Source: Escherichia coli O157 typing phage 14 | Sequence record: KP869112 | Direction: 5' to 3' (one strand) | Length of the DNA stretch: 64,000 nt | Shown here: positions 9,208-18,253 of the stretch, piece by piece | Position numbering within the stretch: position 1 is the stretch's first letter | How the letters are laid out: the number at the start of each line of letters is the position of its first letter | Position numbers and translations under genes: made by a program | The notes under the pieces: generated by a model | The model's database searches: none | Seen by the model: only the letters and a program-made list of their open reading frames with translations | Told to the model about the DNA's origin: nothing

Positions 9208-12200
9208 TTAGTCGTGAGACTCGTTCCAAGGTCCTTGGAAGCTTGAGTTAGAACGGCTTACCACAACAGTAGGACAGGATATTGCGACCCCTGTTACAGA
9301 AGACGTTGACCATGGTGTGTAGATTTCAACAACAATATCTATGGTTTGTTCACTAAGACCTGTTATCCCTACCGCACACATGCCGTTGTTGTCGTTTCCG
9401 TACTTCTTACCTGCAAGGATTTGATGTCCGGCTATCCAAACGTTGAGCTGGGAGCTGGCAAGAGCACCATTCAGTTTAAAGAAGAATGTTACGTTCTTAC
9501 CCTGACCTGAAACGTTATCTACGTATCTCCACCTCCAACGGCAAACCCTTTGCTGGGAGTTATATACTGGAGCACAATCCCCGTAAGTCCTGTGTGCAAC
9601 AATTGCACCTTCGAACTGGTTAGCACGGATAACAGAAGCTTCTACACGACCACGGAAGGTACCTCCGGTTGCATCTATGGTGCCCCTAAAGCTACCATTA
9701 TTGGCATAAACATCCCCACGGAAGGTACCACTAGTGGCGTTAACTGCCCCTGTGAAGTTACCAGAACTAGCGTTGATGTTGCCTTTCACCCACACATCCA
9801 TAAATTGGGCGTGCCCGTTCTTGTTAATATACCAACCGTATTTATGGTACCCGTTGCCATCGTAGTTGTTTGACGAGATTTCTTGTGCGATCTTGGCAGA
9901 GGAGATCGTGCCATTCTCTATAAAAGCGTCTTTCAAGAACGCTTGGTTGTTCTTGATTGCGAAAGCAAGGGTTGCTGTTCCATTTCCTGGGTTGTATACC
10001 GCAAAATTGTTTGCACTAACCATGAAGTAGGATTGAACTTGGCCTCCAGACCCTTCCATCCCCAACTGAATACCTGCAACATATTTATTCCCTGCGGAGT
10101 CTACCTGTATTTTTGTGCCCCATTGAGCATTTACTTTACCCTCTAAGTCGGTTACAGCCTTAGATGTTGTAGCTACTGCAGCCCTGATCTCAGACACATC
10201 CCCAACATCATCCATGATCTCCTGCTTAGCAACAGCAAGTTCTTGACGAATAGCTGACGCTGTGCCGTTGATAAGGTCCACAGTGGCTTGGTTGGTGCTC
10301 AAGATGCTTGCGTCAAGTTCTGTTCTCTGAGTATTGATCTTACCATCTAGAGTTTTATCTCCGGCTAAATACCCGCTCTCAACTCCCTCTATCTGCTCTA
10401 CCAGTTCACCTTTGGCGGCAACCAATTTCTCATCTAAAGCCTCTGTCTTTTTGTTCAGAAGATCAGTAGTTGCTTTATTGGTTGTCTCAATCAGAGATGC
10501 CAATCTTCCACTTTCAGTGTTCAGATCGTTGGTGAACTTGTTCTGTGCAGCAACAAGTTTCCTATCCAGCGCTGTGATATTGCCATTGACATCCTCAAAC
10601 TTCTGAGTTGTCTCTGTAACTACCGCACCTATTCTGTCTCCAAGTTGCTGGAATGCCTCATCTACCCTACCATCCATGTATTTATTAAGCTCTGTGACAC
10701 GATTTTCAACCTCTTCAATAGAGGAATCCAAAGTGCTCATCAACTCTTTATAAGTTTCTGTCTTTTTGAATTCAGCATCTATCTGAGGCATCAAATCCTC
10801 GATAGAGGTGTAGCAGTGTGCAGCGCATTCTACAAACTGAGAGCTACCAAAAGCGTTTGTGGTTCGAATATACCAATAATAAACCTTATCGTTCTGCAGG
10901 CCTTCAGATGTCCAAGTTGAACCAACACCCATACGGGTGGCGTTTGAAGTAACGGTTGCATCACTGGTGTCTGGCAACCTTGTCATACCAGATGTCCAAA
11001 AGTCATACTGGGTGCTAACACTTGCTAAATCCCTACTATGCGGAATCAAGGTGATAGCAAAGTATCCTTGCTTAACCTCTACAGAAACCGGAGCTTCAGG
11101 TGCCTGAATGTTAAACTCACAGTACGCTTCTGGAGATACACCACCTTTATAGGATGTTGCAACCACGGTTGCTGTGTATGACCCTTTGGTCAAGCCTTCT
11201 ACTCGGACAAACTGCTCAACTGTCTGTGCTGTCCAAACAATCTCTCCGTTCTTTCTTACCTGCACAATATTTTGAGCGTAAGTCCCAACGTTGTCCCAAG
11301 CCAAAACACCGTGAGTTACTTCCCCAGCTTGGAGAACGGAATATCTGAAGTTTTGCGGTTGAGCTACACCAGATGGAGATATTGGAATATCTACATCGCC
11401 AGAATCCGGAAGTTGTCCTGTGGCATCATTCCACTCTTTAGCATCTTGACGAAGTTTTACCTTGACACCACCCTTTTTGGTAAACTCCCATTCAAGAACT
11501 CTCATTTCTTGGCCCACTATACCAATACTTGGGAGGTCCATTGTAACGTAACGACCAGGTTTAAATTTGAAACCTCGCATATTGCAGGTGACTTCAATAA
11601 TCCTGCCAGCTCTGGCACGTCTTAGGAAGATTGCAGAAACACGCTGAGCTTGATAAGGACTGGTAACAAAGCGATAGTCTATATCGATTATCTTTCTTTC
11701 TCCATCCTTCTCTATCCACTCTGGGACAAACACTGATGGAAAATCTGTTTCAGAATACCCTTTGGTAGGACTGGTGAATCTGCCAGTTATTGTGTTGGAT
11801 CTTTTGTCAAATGAGGCTTCCGGATAGATCTTGACCTCACCACAGACACAATCCTCACTCAGTGTCATTGTTGCCGGGCCATAGTATGCACCAACCAGCA
11901 AACCATACTTACCAGCTACATAGCTGAGATCTGCACCACAAGCTTTCAGCATTTCTGCCATAATGCTTGCTGGGGCCTCATCCATGTCAAACTCACCGTT
12001 AATGGTGTAACGTCGCTCACTGGTTCCGTCAGCGTTTTTTACCGCCTCGTCGCATATGTTGGCAGCCTCCTTGAAGGACTCCCAGTTAATGGTTTCGTCA
12101 GGACATTTAAGGTACGTTCTTAAATAGTCTAGGATCACCAAGGCCGCGTTATTGGTATACACCTCTTTACTGATACGAGGATCATAGCATTTTTTACCAA

Positions 12201-12732
12201 CCTTGACAAGTGTAACGTTTGGCAACCCAAAAGGAAACTTGTTAGGGTCAAACCTGAAGCTGGCACGTAGCCAACTGATCCCTCTACCTATCATGTCGGG
12301 TGACCATGATGGGCAGTGTGTACCCATGAAAGGATCAGATGTTTTTCTGTCGTTATGTAGCTCCCACGATACCAGATCTCCATACGAGGAAATAGGATTA
12401 CCGTCGATAAGTATATCTTCTACACCTTCCAGAGGGTGATTGGCAAGAACAATAGCACAATGGAGGGTTCTGTCTCTGTCCTGCTCCAAAAACGCAAGCA
12501 ATCCAGACGTACGTGTCTTACCATACACTACAGAGCAAGGTGCAGCAGAAGATCTGAGAAGCTTTTGTCTATCTTGCTGACTTCTGTAAGATTTGTTGCC
12601 CTCAAAAATCTTATCCAGAGTTCTGGTGGTAACAGTGTTCAGGCTGTCAGCCAGAGCTGCCTTGGATGCGTTCCAGTCATAACTTGAAGATCTTGCAGAA
12701 GCAACGATGTTATCAATCATTGCAATTGGCAT
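9208..12732 (-). CDS. large tail protein, lambda J-like host-specificity / central fibre candidate
   Basis: 1174 aa; beta-rich segments, an extended coiled-coil-like region (residues about 640-860) and a Gly/Asn-rich C-terminus; preceded by three small genes as in lambda L-K-I-J order. Family assignment is by architecture only. Confidence 0.45.
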   Translation of the reverse strand: MPIAMIDNIVASARSSSYDWNASKAALADSLNTVTTRTLDKIFEGNKSYRSQQDRQKLLRSSAAPCSVVYGKTRTSGLLAFLEQDRDRTLHCAIVLANHPLEGVEDILIDGNPISSYGDLVSWELHNDRKTSDPFMGTHCPSWSPDMIGRGISWLRASFRFDPNKFPFGLPNVTLVKVGKKCYDPRISKEVYTNNAALVILDYLRTYLKCPDETINWESFKEAANICDEAVKNADGTSERRYTINGEFDMDEAPASIMAEMLKACGADLSYVAGKYGLLVGAYYGPATMTLSEDCVCGEVKIYPEASFDKRSNTITGRFTSPTKGYSETDFPSVFVPEWIEKDGERKIIDIDYRFVTSPYQAQRVSAIFLRRARAGRIIEVTCNMRGFKFKPGRYVTMDLPSIGIVGQEMRVLEWEFTKKGGVKVKLRQDAKEWNDATGQLPDSGDVDIPISPSGVAQPQNFRYSVLQAGEVTHGVLAWDNVGTYAQNIVQVRKNGEIVWTAQTVEQFVRVEGLTKGSYTATVVATSYKGGVSPEAYCEFNIQAPEAPVSVEVKQGYFAITLIPHSRDLASVSTQYDFWTSGMTRLPDTSDATVTSNATRMGVGSTWTSEGLQNDKVYYWYIRTTNAFGSSQFVECAAHCYTSIEDLMPQIDAEFKKTETYKELMSTLDSSIEEVENRVTELNKYMDGRVDEAFQQLGDRIGAVVTETTQKFEDVNGNITALDRKLVAAQNKFTNDLNTESGRLASLIETTNKATTDLLNKKTEALDEKLVAAKGELVEQIEGVESGYLAGDKTLDGKINTQRTELDASILSTNQATVDLINGTASAIRQELAVAKQEIMDDVGDVSEIRAAVATTSKAVTDLEGKVNAQWGTKIQVDSAGNKYVAGIQLGMEGSGGQVQSYFMVSANNFAVYNPGNGTATLAFAIKNNQAFLKDAFIENGTISSAKIAQEISSNNYDGNGYHKYGWYINKNGHAQFMDVWVKGNINASSGNFTGAVNATSGTFRGDVYANNGSFRGTIDATGGTFRGRVEASVIRANQFEGAIVAHRTYGDCAPVYNSQQRVCRWRWRYVDNVSGQGKNVTFFFKLNGALASSQLNVWIAGHQILAGKKYGNDNNGMCAVGITGLSEQTIDIVVEIYTPWSTSSVTGVAISCPTVVVSRSNSSFQGPWNESHD

Positions 12733-13157
12733 TAATACCTCCAGACATCAACAACGATAGAATCTTTCATGTCGAACATAAAGACCCCTTTATCACCTTT
12801 CGCCCAAATCTGGTTGTTCCAGAACACACCAGCGGTGAGCCCGTTCAGACCTTCGAAAATGACAATATCTCCACGCTGAACCTGTTTAGGAGTATCCAGC
12901 CGAGTCATAAAGAGATCAAAAATAGTAGGCAGGTGTGTAGTTTTGAAACGAAGCATGCACCATCTTTTGCTTTCCAACTCTGTTTTATACGTTCCTTCGA
13001 AGTTGGAAAGAAAATCTGTTCCGTATTGGGCATCAACACACTTAGCCGCAAAGGTGCAACAATCGTGGAATCCCCATTCAAAAGGTATGGTGGCCTCTTC
13101 GTCAAACACTTTCCACAATCTTTCTTGCCAATCCACTAAACGAGGGTGTGTGCTCAT
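12732..13157 (-). CDS. small tail protein (possible NlpC/P60-like or gpK-like; hypothetical)
   Basis: Start reassigned to the ATG at 13155-13157 (RBS GGGAGG, TAATG overlap with upstream stop); motifs FHDCCTF and GDIVIF are reminiscent of Cys peptidases but the catalytic residues are unconfirmed. Confidence 0.35.
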   Translation of the reverse strand: MSTHPRLVDWQERLWKVFDEEATIPFEWGFHDCCTFAAKCVDAQYGTDFLSNFEGTYKTELESKRWCMLRFKTTHLPTIFDLFMTRLDTPKQVQRGDIVIFEGLNGLTAGVFWNNQIWAKGDKGVFMFDMKDSIVVDVWRY

Positions 13158-13723
13158 TAAACCTCCCAAATGATCGGGCGGCTCGCCACCTGATCCACAT
13201 ATTTAAAAAATCTGTCATTATCGTTTCTTGAGCTGTGGCTTTCCTCCGTGTACCGATAAGGAAAACCTCTTAACCAACTATTGAAGATGGAAGAGATGGA
13301 TATGGACAAAGCACTATTCTCCCCTGTCTGAATAGCCATATCTGTTATAAGGCCGTCAAACAAGCCATTAGTTGTGACAGGCAGACCATTCTCCATAGCG
13401 GTAATGTACAACGTGGCACGACAACCGGAATACTCCGTCTTCAGAAGATCACCCACATACTTAGGATCAAACCCGTTCAATGTCGCTACCACAGATCCGA
13501 AGTTGGTGGCATCTTTCTCAGACACAGCAGTTAACGTTGCTGATCCACCTATCCCTATAAAATGTTGCCCCTCAATTACTACAACACCAGTGCCTGAGCA
13601 CACCCTGACAGTTCCTGTCGGTAGCTCCAGCTTTGCAGCAATTAAGATCTCAACACCATCAAGCTCCAGCTTTTCAAGAAATAAATTATCTAATGGCGCT
13701 CTGATCATCTTAGAAATCCTCAA
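13157..13723 (-). CDS. tail protein (hypothetical)
   Basis: 188 aa ORF within the tail module; no recognisable motif. Confidence 0.4.
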   Translation of the reverse strand: MRISKMIRAPLDNLFLEKLELDGVEILIAAKLELPTGTVRVCSGTGVVVIEGQHFIGIGGSATLTAVSEKDATNFGSVVATLNGFDPKYVGDLLKTEYSGCRATLYITAMENGLPVTTNGLFDGLITDMAIQTGENSALSISISSIFNSWLRGFPYRYTEESHSSRNDNDRFFKYVDQVASRPIIWEV

Positions 13724-14300
13724 AGAAGTTGATAACTATATTATCACCTTTTTGCATAGCATCGACTTTTTGCTTAATTTTATAAATATCTCTGATATGA
13801 AACCTACCCTTCGGGGATTGAGTTATTATCTTCATAGTGTCCCCTGCGGCAATAGGTTTTCTAAGTCTTGGAGATATGCTTATAACAGCAGACCCAACAC
13901 CATCGCTACGCACTGGAGCTGTTACCACTTTCAATTCATCATTGACAGATATTTTATCCCCAGCTCTGGCTATGTCTCTGTTTGGCTCCCACCCTACCGT
14001 CTTCAAAAAATCGTCGTTACCAGTAGGCCCAAGGGCGATTGGCTCATTAGCTGTTACCGAGTGACCGTAAGTTTTAATAAGAAAGATGTTTCCATCTTTA
14101 TACACCTGATCAACAAAGCTCTTAAGCTCTAGCAACTGTGACTCGCTGATATTGGAGACCGTCAAAGTGCCTTTCCAGTTAGGTGTGGCATAGGTTACTT
14201 TTTGCGTTTTACCTGTAAACGGACTTTTAAACGTAACAATATCTGCCAGCAGCTCCAATCTAATATCTGGAAGGTATCTGGGCCTTTCCCATAAAAACAT
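13710..14300 (-). CDS. tail protein (hypothetical)
   Basis: 196 aa; RBS GGAGG upstream of the ATG at 14298-14300. Confidence 0.4.
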   Translation of the reverse strand: MFLWERPRYLPDIRLELLADIVTFKSPFTGKTQKVTYATPNWKGTLTVSNISESQLLELKSFVDQVYKDGNIFLIKTYGHSVTANEPIALGPTGNDDFLKTVGWEPNRDIARAGDKISVNDELKVVTAPVRSDGVGSAVISISPRLRKPIAAGDTMKIITQSPKGRFHIRDIYKIKQKVDAMQKGDNIVINFFEDF

Positions 14301-14331
14301 TGTGCCTCCAGGTTAAACAATCATGATAGTT

Positions 14332-14360
14332 ATTTTACCAGATTTTAAGTTAATACGCAA
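14332..14360 (-). promoter_or_regulatory. candidate promoter TTGCGT-N17-TAAAAT
   Basis: Minus-strand -10 TAAAAT (plus 14332-14337) and imperfect -35 TTGCGT (plus 14355-14360), immediately after the terminator. Confidence 0.3.
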
Positions 14361-14392
14361 TACAAACAAAAAGCCCCCGCCGAAGCGAGGGC
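14361..14392 (-). terminator. rho-independent terminator downstream of the long tail fibre gene
   Basis: Minus-strand hairpin GCCCTCGC-UUCG-GCGGGGGC followed by UUUUUGUUUGU. Confidence 0.6.
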
Positions 14393-14399
14393 AAAACAG

Positions 14400-17300
14400 T
14401 TACTTCAGTTTCTCTTGCAACCCAGTAACAACCTCTGTCAATTTTTTAACCTGCTCCTCAAGGTCGGTTATTTTATCGTCCTGTTCCCTGCAAACCTGGA
14501 CAAGCAAGCCTGTTACAGCTGCGTAATCCACGCTGTAGAATCTTTCCTCTGTTATCAAAGGAGTTCCATCTTGATCAGGGTTTGGGATTTCCTTTCTTTG
14601 CACGAAAGAGCTAACTGCTTCCGGCAGCGCTTCAAGCACTTCTTGTGCTATAACACCTGCATAAGGCATACCGTTCTCTTTAAGAGTGTAAGTATAACCC
14701 TTCATCTTCCGGATAGCTTCTAACGCATCAGGAATAACAGCTATGTTATCTTTCAGATCTCTGTCAGAACTCTGATTGACAGATGTGCAATTCACAGCGC
14801 CGTTTACAGAAAGATATCTTGATTTATCTGGCAAGGTACCGCAATGCCATACCCAATTTGATTGAGACTCGTCAAGAACCTTAAACTCTAACACGTTTGG
14901 ACGATCTCCTGTGCTGCCGTTACCCCAATAATACATATGGGCGGCATTAGCAGGCATGTTGCCACCGTTATTAGTAACATGACTTCCAGAAATATATACC
15001 TTTAACTCTGGGGTTGGTATTTCCCCTTCCGGGGTTGTTCCTCCATACCTGAAGCTAACACCATTACCACCTGTTTGGGTCCACGGGCCCCAAGTGAAGA
15101 CCTGTTTCACCATATTCCCATAACGTGTAAATCTATCGCCATGGTAGGTAATATATTCTTGAACACACCCATTACCGTTATTGGCGTTATTTTGCAACAC
15201 AATAAGTGTTCCGGCCTCATTTACGGGATAATGACGATCATATGTTGCATCATTATTTACAGGCTGATGGTAAATACCTTCCCACAATCCGTGATAGGTG
15301 TTAAGGTCTGAAGAACCAAGACCTTGACCCCTGTGTTGCATAGCCTTATTCCAGGGATGGTGATTACCACCTTCTATAGACCTGGTGTATAAGTTACTTT
15401 GTCTGCCAGCAATCTGGAAAGCGTAGTTTCCCGAGAATCCTACAGATAACCCGCCTACAACCATGGTATCTTGTGGGCCGTTAACATTACCAGCTATTAT
15501 TTTTGACGGGTTGTTAGGCCCAAACTGGTTGTTCCAGTCTGCACCCGTGTGGCATACAAAACCGCCCGGAGCTGAGAAAGTGCCATCTTTGTTGAAGTTG
15601 TAGAATCTATGAGCTGTGCCTACAACATCACGAACAATAACTTGAGCAGCTTCTGAAGTAGATCTGAACTCTGCCTGTCCTTGCAGTCTTGCACCATTAC
15701 CACATTTAGAGGTAAAGGTGTTGTTGATCAGATCCTCTGTTCCTTCCGACGCAGCCTGGAACCCTGCATTAGAGAACAGTGCTTTTCGAGTGGTCTGACT
15801 ACCAGGGCAAAGGTAGTCAATACCGTCTGCCCATAGCTCGACTTTAGGCATATTCATTTTGCTCATCACAGCATAGCGTTCAGCAGTGCCTATATAGTGC
15901 CACTGTGTGCCGCCACCAGTGTAGAACCCTGAAGTACCTTTGAAGTCAACAATAGGTCTGGTATTGGTGTTGTTATCTCCAAGAATAGCGAGATTCAAAT
16001 CTGCTGACTGAAGAGGTGCAACGAACTTAACCCCATCCTGATTGTCTGTTACAGCCCCAACCTGGTAATCTTGCTCTCTGGTAAACACTTCGACAACATT
16101 TCTACTTGCGTATATGCTGACAGGGAAAGCACGAGCCTCTGCATAGAAAGCAACATACTCTTGTTTACCCCTTGTTGGAGCAACCATCCCAAGAAGTGCT
16201 TTTTCATTCTGGTAGAAATTTACTACCCCGTAGAAAGAGTCTCCCCTGTCCGTCCAGCCGCCAGTTCTATAGTGACACTGCAGGGTGGCACAGTTCATAG
16301 GGTCATTTCCAGGTGAAGACCTGGTGACTATGGTAATATCTGTACCTGTCGAAGGGGCGTAATACGGATCTGTTCTAACGATGATTGGGTAGTATTTCCC
16401 ATCTTCCATCCCTGCGGTTCTTGGCAGTGTTAAGAAGTCTTTTACACCTGCTGCTATAGGAACTTTGAACAGATTCTGAGCATCTGCTAAAGTTGTAGCC
16501 CCGGTGCCACCTGCGGCTTGAGGTAGAGGTTCCCACTTGGCCTTCCGGTTGTTATAAACACCCCATTCCAGAGTGCCGTTACCGGATTCGTCCATCCCAC
16601 CATCCCAGATAACCATCTTGGCGGCTTTCTTGGACCCCCAGAAGCCTCTTTCTGCTCCTGAACTACGAATCCACTCTCCAAGTCCCCAGTTTGTCAGCTG
16701 ACCAGTAAGATCCCCAACCTGCATGTATTTAGGGCAGTCTAACACGCCGTCTTCGCGGAGACCTAAATATCTATGGGTTTCAGATCCTTTTGCACCTTTG
16801 TGCAGGTGGATTGTCAACCAAGCCTTATTGTCGTTTCTTACCTCAGAGTAGATCCTATATCCATGCTCAAGGACACCGTCAGCGCTGTATTTGTCCCCGT
16901 TAACAATACCCGAGGCTGACTTAACATCAGCAGAACTTTGAGACAGGTAAATGTGCCCGAAGGTAGGGGTATTTCTAGGACCAAGACCGATGTGCGCTCT
17001 AAAGGTATCATCGTTACGAGGTCTGACCATCGGCTGCCATGCAGCCCACTGGTTTGTGTTGGCCTGATAGGTTCTCAAATACCAAACATCTACGTTAGAG
17101 AATGGGTAGTATTCCTGACGACAACCTGTACCGCCGTTAGCATTGTTCTGCCAAACAATCAAGTGACCAGCACCAGAACCTGCAGGGTAACCATTTGCCT
17201 CAGTTGCATAAGCAGTCATCGGCTGGTAGTATACACCATCCTGATTACCAGTCAAGTTATTGATATTGAAATTTGGCTCAAGGGCTGCACGTTGCTTATA

Positions 17301-18218
17301 GAAAGCCCCGATATTGATACGGACTCCAGCGGCATCTCTGGCCCCTGTACCGCCTTGCTCTATAGCAAGAGGTTGCCACGAGGCTGTTTGTTGGTTCCAC
17401 ATACCCCAACGGCCTGTTGCATCAAGCTGCAAGTACCCTGCCGTGTTTAAATCATCTCCAGCACGGATAACTGTTCTTGTTGGGTTGTTTGCCTCCAGGC
17501 GTTTAAATTCATCACGAAGTGCTATTCTTTTTGTTGTTGCTACACCGTTGGTTACTGCGATGGTATACATGGCTCCGGATGTAGCGCCACGGAAAATACC
17601 ATCAATAGTTGTAGTATCACGACGAGATACCACACCGTTCAGAAATTTTTCACCAGCTGCTACAGAAGGGTAGTTGGTGGTTCTTCCCTCTTCAATAACT
17701 GCAGGACCCACAAAGTTATCAAGGTGAATAACATCACCTACAGTGTGCACCGTACCAAAATCTACACGCTGTGCAAGTGCTTTAGCATCGTTAGCTGTCT
17801 GAACAGTAACATCCATTACATCCTGGACAGACTGCCCTTCGGCTGTCATGATCATAGATGCGCCAATGGTAGATTCCAGCTCCTCCCTTAGGGACGGGTC
17901 AGTATATACCATCCATGCAGCGTCAGTAATCCCACCATCGGAGTACGGTGAAGATAGTGCAGGAACAGTGTGTGGAAATTCGCCTTTCCAACGCAGGTAG
18001 AGATCTTCCTCTTCGAAATAGGCAAAATCCATTGGGCCGTTTAACTTACCACCTTCCTTAAAGGAGATTACATGAGAAACAGTCCCATCCACATGGACAA
18101 CATCGCCAATTTTTACACGACGGGTCAGGTCTGGTTGTTGAACAACCAGGTAATCATCCTCTGTCACTACGGTAGTGGCAGGAAGAGATTCAATTCTGAC
18201 AACTTTAATATCAGCCAT
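14400..18218 (-). CDS. long tail fibre with C-terminal intramolecular chaperone (peptidase S74-like) domain
   Basis: 1272 aa; C-terminus SDRDLKDNIAVIPDALEAIRKMKGYTYTLKENG matches the S74 autoproteolytic chaperone domain seen in T5 L-shaped fibre and endosialidases; N-terminal ~110 aa are shared with 20853..21521. Confidence 0.7.
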   Translation of the reverse strand: MADIKVVRIESLPATTVVTEDDYLVVQQPDLTRRVKIGDVVHVDGTVSHVISFKEGGKLNGPMDFAYFEEEDLYLRWKGEFPHTVPALSSPYSDGGITDAAWMVYTDPSLREELESTIGASMIMTAEGQSVQDVMDVTVQTANDAKALAQRVDFGTVHTVGDVIHLDNFVGPAVIEEGRTTNYPSVAAGEKFLNGVVSRRDTTTIDGIFRGATSGAMYTIAVTNGVATTKRIALRDEFKRLEANNPTRTVIRAGDDLNTAGYLQLDATGRWGMWNQQTASWQPLAIEQGGTGARDAAGVRINIGAFYKQRAALEPNFNINNLTGNQDGVYYQPMTAYATEANGYPAGSGAGHLIVWQNNANGGTGCRQEYYPFSNVDVWYLRTYQANTNQWAAWQPMVRPRNDDTFRAHIGLGPRNTPTFGHIYLSQSSADVKSASGIVNGDKYSADGVLEHGYRIYSEVRNDNKAWLTIHLHKGAKGSETHRYLGLREDGVLDCPKYMQVGDLTGQLTNWGLGEWIRSSGAERGFWGSKKAAKMVIWDGGMDESGNGTLEWGVYNNRKAKWEPLPQAAGGTGATTLADAQNLFKVPIAAGVKDFLTLPRTAGMEDGKYYPIIVRTDPYYAPSTGTDITIVTRSSPGNDPMNCATLQCHYRTGGWTDRGDSFYGVVNFYQNEKALLGMVAPTRGKQEYVAFYAEARAFPVSIYASRNVVEVFTREQDYQVGAVTDNQDGVKFVAPLQSADLNLAILGDNNTNTRPIVDFKGTSGFYTGGGTQWHYIGTAERYAVMSKMNMPKVELWADGIDYLCPGSQTTRKALFSNAGFQAASEGTEDLINNTFTSKCGNGARLQGQAEFRSTSEAAQVIVRDVVGTAHRFYNFNKDGTFSAPGGFVCHTGADWNNQFGPNNPSKIIAGNVNGPQDTMVVGGLSVGFSGNYAFQIAGRQSNLYTRSIEGGNHHPWNKAMQHRGQGLGSSDLNTYHGLWEGIYHQPVNNDATYDRHYPVNEAGTLIVLQNNANNGNGCVQEYITYHGDRFTRYGNMVKQVFTWGPWTQTGGNGVSFRYGGTTPEGEIPTPELKVYISGSHVTNNGGNMPANAAHMYYWGNGSTGDRPNVLEFKVLDESQSNWVWHCGTLPDKSRYLSVNGAVNCTSVNQSSDRDLKDNIAVIPDALEAIRKMKGYTYTLKENGMPYAGVIAQEVLEALPEAVSSFVQRKEIPNPDQDGTPLITEERFYSVDYAAVTGLLVQVCREQDDKITDLEEQVKKLTEVVTGLQEKLK

Positions 18219-18253
18219 TCTTTCTCCTGAAAGGGGGCAAACAGCCCCCTATG

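Noticed and set aside
13374-14132. 252-aa plus-strand ORF
   Set aside because: Lies antisense to two well-supported minus-strand tail genes with proper RBS and operon context; no RBS; likely a shadow ORF. The same applies to other plus-strand track ORFs within 1-41,400 (for example 385..813, 16938..17450, 24259..24951, 33650..34057) and minus-strand ORFs within 46,600-64,000.
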